From an uncultured Acidobacteriota bacterium (GTDB lineage Bacteria; Acidobacteriota; Terriglobia; Acidiferrales; UBA7541): DNA of 64,000 nucleotides. The stretch covers positions 46,828 to 110,827 of the forward strand of contig CAVSVB010000009.1 of assembly GCA_963731155.1 (NCBI GenBank), read 5' to 3'. A model generated the notes under the pieces. The model did not search any database and had not been told where the DNA came from. It saw nothing but the letters and a program-made list of their open reading frames with translations. The translations under genes were made by a program, and so were the position numbers. Shown piece by piece: positions 60,823 to 64,000 of this stretch; position 1 is the stretch's first letter, and every line of letters begins with the position of its first letter.

Positions 60823-61329
60823 ATGAAGATTGGCCGCTATCTGGCACTTCTCTGTTGTTTGTCCACTCTGCCGCTCCTATTCGGCAGTTATATGGTCGGT
60901 CAGGACACCAAAAAGAAAGTTAAGGACGATGCCTGTTCGGCTTCTAATCCCGCAAGCGTGTGCGCCGCAGAGAACACATGTGGTTCCGATTCCGCTGCCT
61001 GCTCCATAAATATCAGGCGCAGCGGGGGCTCCGATGCCACCGCGACGCCTAGCATACCCGACGCAAAATCCAACAAAGTCTTCTGCATCAAGGTGGGCAC
61101 TACCGTCACCTTTATGAGCAGTTCTAAGAATACGGGCTTCGTTATCGACTTCGGGAAAGCTGAACCATTTGATCATGAGGGTGCCATCAAAGGCGGCTCT
61201 GATCGCCCCATTACCGTGACCGCCAAGCATCCAGGCTGCTACACCTATTCCGTCGGAGCTTGCACTCCCGGTACTGTCTACGGTATGTGCGGCAACACCA
61301 ACACCCAGCTGATTATTTCTCCCAACTGA
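60823..61329 (+). CDS. Cys-rich exported protein
   Basis: AGGAGG RBS, signal peptide, 8 Cys in the mature region. Confidence 0.72.
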   Translation: MKIGRYLALLCCLSTLPLLFGSYMVGQDTKKKVKDDACSASNPASVCAAENTCGSDSAACSINIRRSGGSDATATPSIPDAKSNKVFCIKVGTTVTFMSSSKNTGFVIDFGKAEPFDHEGAIKGGSDRPITVTAKHPGCYTYSVGACTPGTVYGMCGNTNTQLIISPN

Positions 61330-61337
61330 TTCTCGAT

Positions 61338-62453
61338 TCAATCACCGGCCGGCTCGGCCGCGCAAAACGCGCCGGCAGCGGCCTTCTCCGGTTCGCATTT
61401 TTTGTAGTGCTTGATAAACGCTGCGGTTATCGGAAAAATCAAGCTAGAATTGACCTTTACTATTTCAAATTGAGAATATACAGCTGAGTGCTCTGCACGG
61501 ATGTTCCGGAAAACGTGCTCGTCTTCTTCGCCGTGAAAGCTGCTCAATGGATATGCGCACAGGATATCTACTACATATGTTTTGGCCAGTTCATTTGAGA
61601 GTTGTTCGAGGCGAATAGCCGCATCCACTTTGCCTTCCGCTTTCATGAGAGCCACGCCTTCGCCGAACACAACAACCTGAGGCTTTTTTGATTTTGCTGC
61701 CTTAGCTACAGCTTCAATCGCGCCCCCAAAGCCCGCGAAAAATAGAACCGGGTCAGGCAAATCCTTTACCAGGATTCTTGAGAGCATGTCGGCAGCATCC
61801 CATGAAATGTAGGTGCCCGCTTGAAGGGCGCCATCCGTATCCACACCCTCTGCTTTCAATCTTTGAAGAAGACTATCGCGGTGCGACTTCGTAGCGACCA
61901 CAATTGCGGCGTTACCACTCTTGAGGGCAGCAGCAATAAAGGGTGTCACCCTATCTAGAAGAATCGTGTCATCAGAATAGAATTGAACCTCATGGCGGTG
62001 AAGGGCTTTCTCGCTTGAGCTCTCGATGAATCCACAGCCCTTTAAGCTACTGCTGACAAATTGCTTACCCCGAAGGGCCGCATCTAAGGCAGGCAATAGT
62101 TCGCTTTGAGCATCTGTCTTGTGAACGTAGCCCTTGGCGCCAGTGCTCAGAGCTGCCAGCACGAAGTCGGGATCATTGTTCTGACTCAGGAAGACTATTT
62201 TGGAGCTGGGAAAGAGTTGTCTTATCCGCCGGGAGGCTTCGACTCCATTCAGCTTCGGGAGGCTAATGTCCAGCAAGATCAAGTCCGGCTTCAGTTCTTG
62301 GGCTTTCCGAATGGCTTCGAATCCCTCCGACGCCTCGGCGATGACTTGCCATTCCGGCCGTGCCTGAAGCAGCAGACGGACCTGCCGTCGCCAATCTTCG
62401 AAATCATCAACAATGAGAATGCGAGTTATCAATGACAACAGCTGCTCCGCCAC
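61338..62453 (-). CDS. Response regulator, REC + MEDS domain
   Basis: RILIVDDF, LDISLP; HEVQFY, FGEGVA, AIRLEQL.N, ILCAY, EHSAV. Confidence 0.88.
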   Translation of the reverse strand: MAEQLLSLITRILIVDDFEDWRRQVRLLLQARPEWQVIAEASEGFEAIRKAQELKPDLILLDISLPKLNGVEASRRIRQLFPSSKIVFLSQNNDPDFVLAALSTGAKGYVHKTDAQSELLPALDAALRGKQFVSSSLKGCGFIESSSEKALHRHEVQFYSDDTILLDRVTPFIAAALKSGNAAIVVATKSHRDSLLQRLKAEGVDTDGALQAGTYISWDAADMLSRILVKDLPDPVLFFAGFGGAIEAVAKAAKSKKPQVVVFGEGVALMKAEGKVDAAIRLEQLSNELAKTYVVDILCAYPLSSFHGEEDEHVFRNIRAEHSAVYSQFEIVKVNSSLIFPITAAFIKHYKKCEPEKAAAGAFCAAEPAGD

Positions 62454-62665
62454 TCTTCAGCCTAAAGCGCAAAATAATCTCTCTTTATCGGCCCATGATG
62501 CAATAACACCCCTTGTGCAAATTAGTTGCGTAAACCTCAAGGTTCTTGCCCTTGTCCTGCCACCCAGGATCCGCATACTGGAACATAGAGTCGCAGAGTA
62601 CCGATCCGACCTTCCGCTCATCCGCACCGGACATTTCGTCGCTTCTGTTGAACACCTCTGGACAG

Positions 62666-62850
62666 TTAGAACGCAAACCTCAGCGCCAACTGTCCAACGC
62701 GAGCATTTACCGCCGTGCTGGTGATGACGCCGAACGTGGGAGATGTGAAATTGGTGTCGGGGTTCGCAAATTGGGGATGGTTCAGTGCGTTGTAGAACTC
62801 TATCCGAAATTGCAGATTGCTCTTCTCAACCGGCCGGTTCGGAAGTAAAC
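62666..62850 (-). pseudogene. C-terminal remnant of an Acidobacteria-type TonB-dependent receptor
   Basis: Not in the ORF track: NLQFRIEFYNALNHPQFANPDTNFTSPTFGVITSTAVNARVGQLALRFAF-TAA. Confidence 0.8.
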
Positions 62851-62957
62851 CTGGGTCCGCAAGAGACCAACAAAGTTTTGTGCATATAGGGAGACTGCGA
62901 GAAGGGGACTCCCTTCCCCTACTGTTAAGAAGGAATTCGAGACACGATCGTCTACCG

Positions 62958-63824
62958 TCACTTCATATGCTCGCGGAGATTGACGAGCAGTTTGTCGGCG
63001 GATTCGAGGTGGATCAAACCCGCCCGCGGGTACTCGACGTCGAGCATGACGTATACGATGATGACTGAGAGGACTGTGAAGCCGAGGATATGGAGCCAAC
63101 TCCTCTGTTGGCCACTTGACATCCGAAACCCAGCCAGCAGGGAACAAATGAGACCCAAGCCGAACAGAAGCGCATAGATGATCCTTGGAGGGTGAAGTTG
63201 CAGTGCCATTGTGCGCGACGTAGAGATGTCGATCATGTTGTTTAGCGCGGGAAGCAGCAACAGACCAGAGGAAGGATGAGAATCGGGGAGCCGAGTGGCT
63301 GCTACTGCCTCGGTCCAGATCGCTTCCTGGATCTGCTTGGATTTAGCCATCTCCATTTCGGCAGCTTTCATGTTCGGCAGCCTGCGGTAAGTCTCCAACC
63401 GCGAGTCTACATAGCCGCGAAACAATTCCCGCAGACTAGGCTGTGACTCGTGGGACAGCAAGTGTAGCCGCAAATACGCGGTTTCGATGCAATTGACCTC
63501 TTCCGCGATCAACATCCGTTTCTCGTTAAAACGGGTTGCCGCTCCCGAGAAGGTGAACGCTACCATTAAACCAAACAGAGCGAAAACTGCGCCTTCGACG
63601 GTGCCAAGACCGCCCCGCTCGCCTTCCGACTCCTTTGGCCGGCGCCTAACGCCAAAGCGACGGCCCATTTCGATCAGAGCCAGCATCCCGACGAAAAGAA
63701 GCAGTGCAAAGAGCAAAGGGTGAATAGGAGGTTCCACGGGAGGCAATCCTTGTGCGAATCTATGGTCTAGAAAGTAACGGCACCCGAAATCTGCAGTGTG
63801 TATCCTTGGAATGTAGACCGGCAC
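62958..63824 (-). CDS. DUF4239 / bestrophin-like membrane protein (start uncertain)
   Basis: FALFGLMVAFTFSGA..RF..KR...EE.N.I.TAYLR, LDVEYPRAGLI; paralog of 43620..44390. Confidence 0.82.
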   Translation of the reverse strand: MPVYIPRIHTADFGCRYFLDHRFAQGLPPVEPPIHPLLFALLLFVGMLALIEMGRRFGVRRRPKESEGERGGLGTVEGAVFALFGLMVAFTFSGAATRFNEKRMLIAEEVNCIETAYLRLHLLSHESQPSLRELFRGYVDSRLETYRRLPNMKAAEMEMAKSKQIQEAIWTEAVAATRLPDSHPSSGLLLLPALNNMIDISTSRTMALQLHPPRIIYALLFGLGLICSLLAGFRMSSGQQRSWLHILGFTVLSVIIVYVMLDVEYPRAGLIHLESADKLLVNLREHMK

Positions 63825-64000
63825 TCGAATTCTCGAAAATACTTAACACCCACGTTCACCTTGCGCTCCGGTAACATCACGTTGACCGCGAACCCGAGAG
63901 CGTTGGCCTTGTAATGGGCCGCTGCCTGTTCCGCCGTAATGGTTGGCCCGCGCTTATCCGAAGCGCTGCTGGCTCCCGCTTCTTTTGCACCGAGAGGGCT

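Noticed and set aside
1-64000. tRNA/rRNA genes, prophage, defence systems, biosynthetic gene clusters
   Set aside because: No supporting motifs seen by eye

Overview
64-kb window, ~57% GC by eye. Gene content (OmpA-DUF4398 protein, many REC-only regulators, REC-MEDS, class D sortase, TonB-receptor-type C-terminus) suggests an Acidobacteriota (Terriglobia-like) soil bacterium; this is inference. It holds no housekeeping genes. It is an accessory island of envelope and stress genes: an RND efflux operon, OmpA, an Omp85-type barrel, MscS, sortase plus LPxTA substrate, a PP2C phosphatase, DUF3300/DUF2950/DUF4136, a DcaP porin, an Orn/Lys/Arg decarboxylase-aspT-aspD-aspT operon, an Ig-SYLF fusion, an L,D-transpeptidase, USP and a DASS transporter. 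These are interleaved with Crp/Fnr and single-domain response regulators, three IS remnants (IS630, IS1182, IS110) and more than 10 pseudogenes. The main discovery is non-coding. A 16-bp palindrome CTGTCA-N4-TGACAG recurs about 20 times in intergenic DNA (4 perfect copies, 7 with one mismatch). In 16 cases a -10-like hexamer lies exactly 23 nt downstream, in the direction of the adjacent gene. This is the layout of one class II activator regulon covering most of the island. The best candidate regulator is the NarL/LuxR-type response regulator at 12427..13065, which has a perfect box in its own promoter. All calls were made by eye with no database searches.
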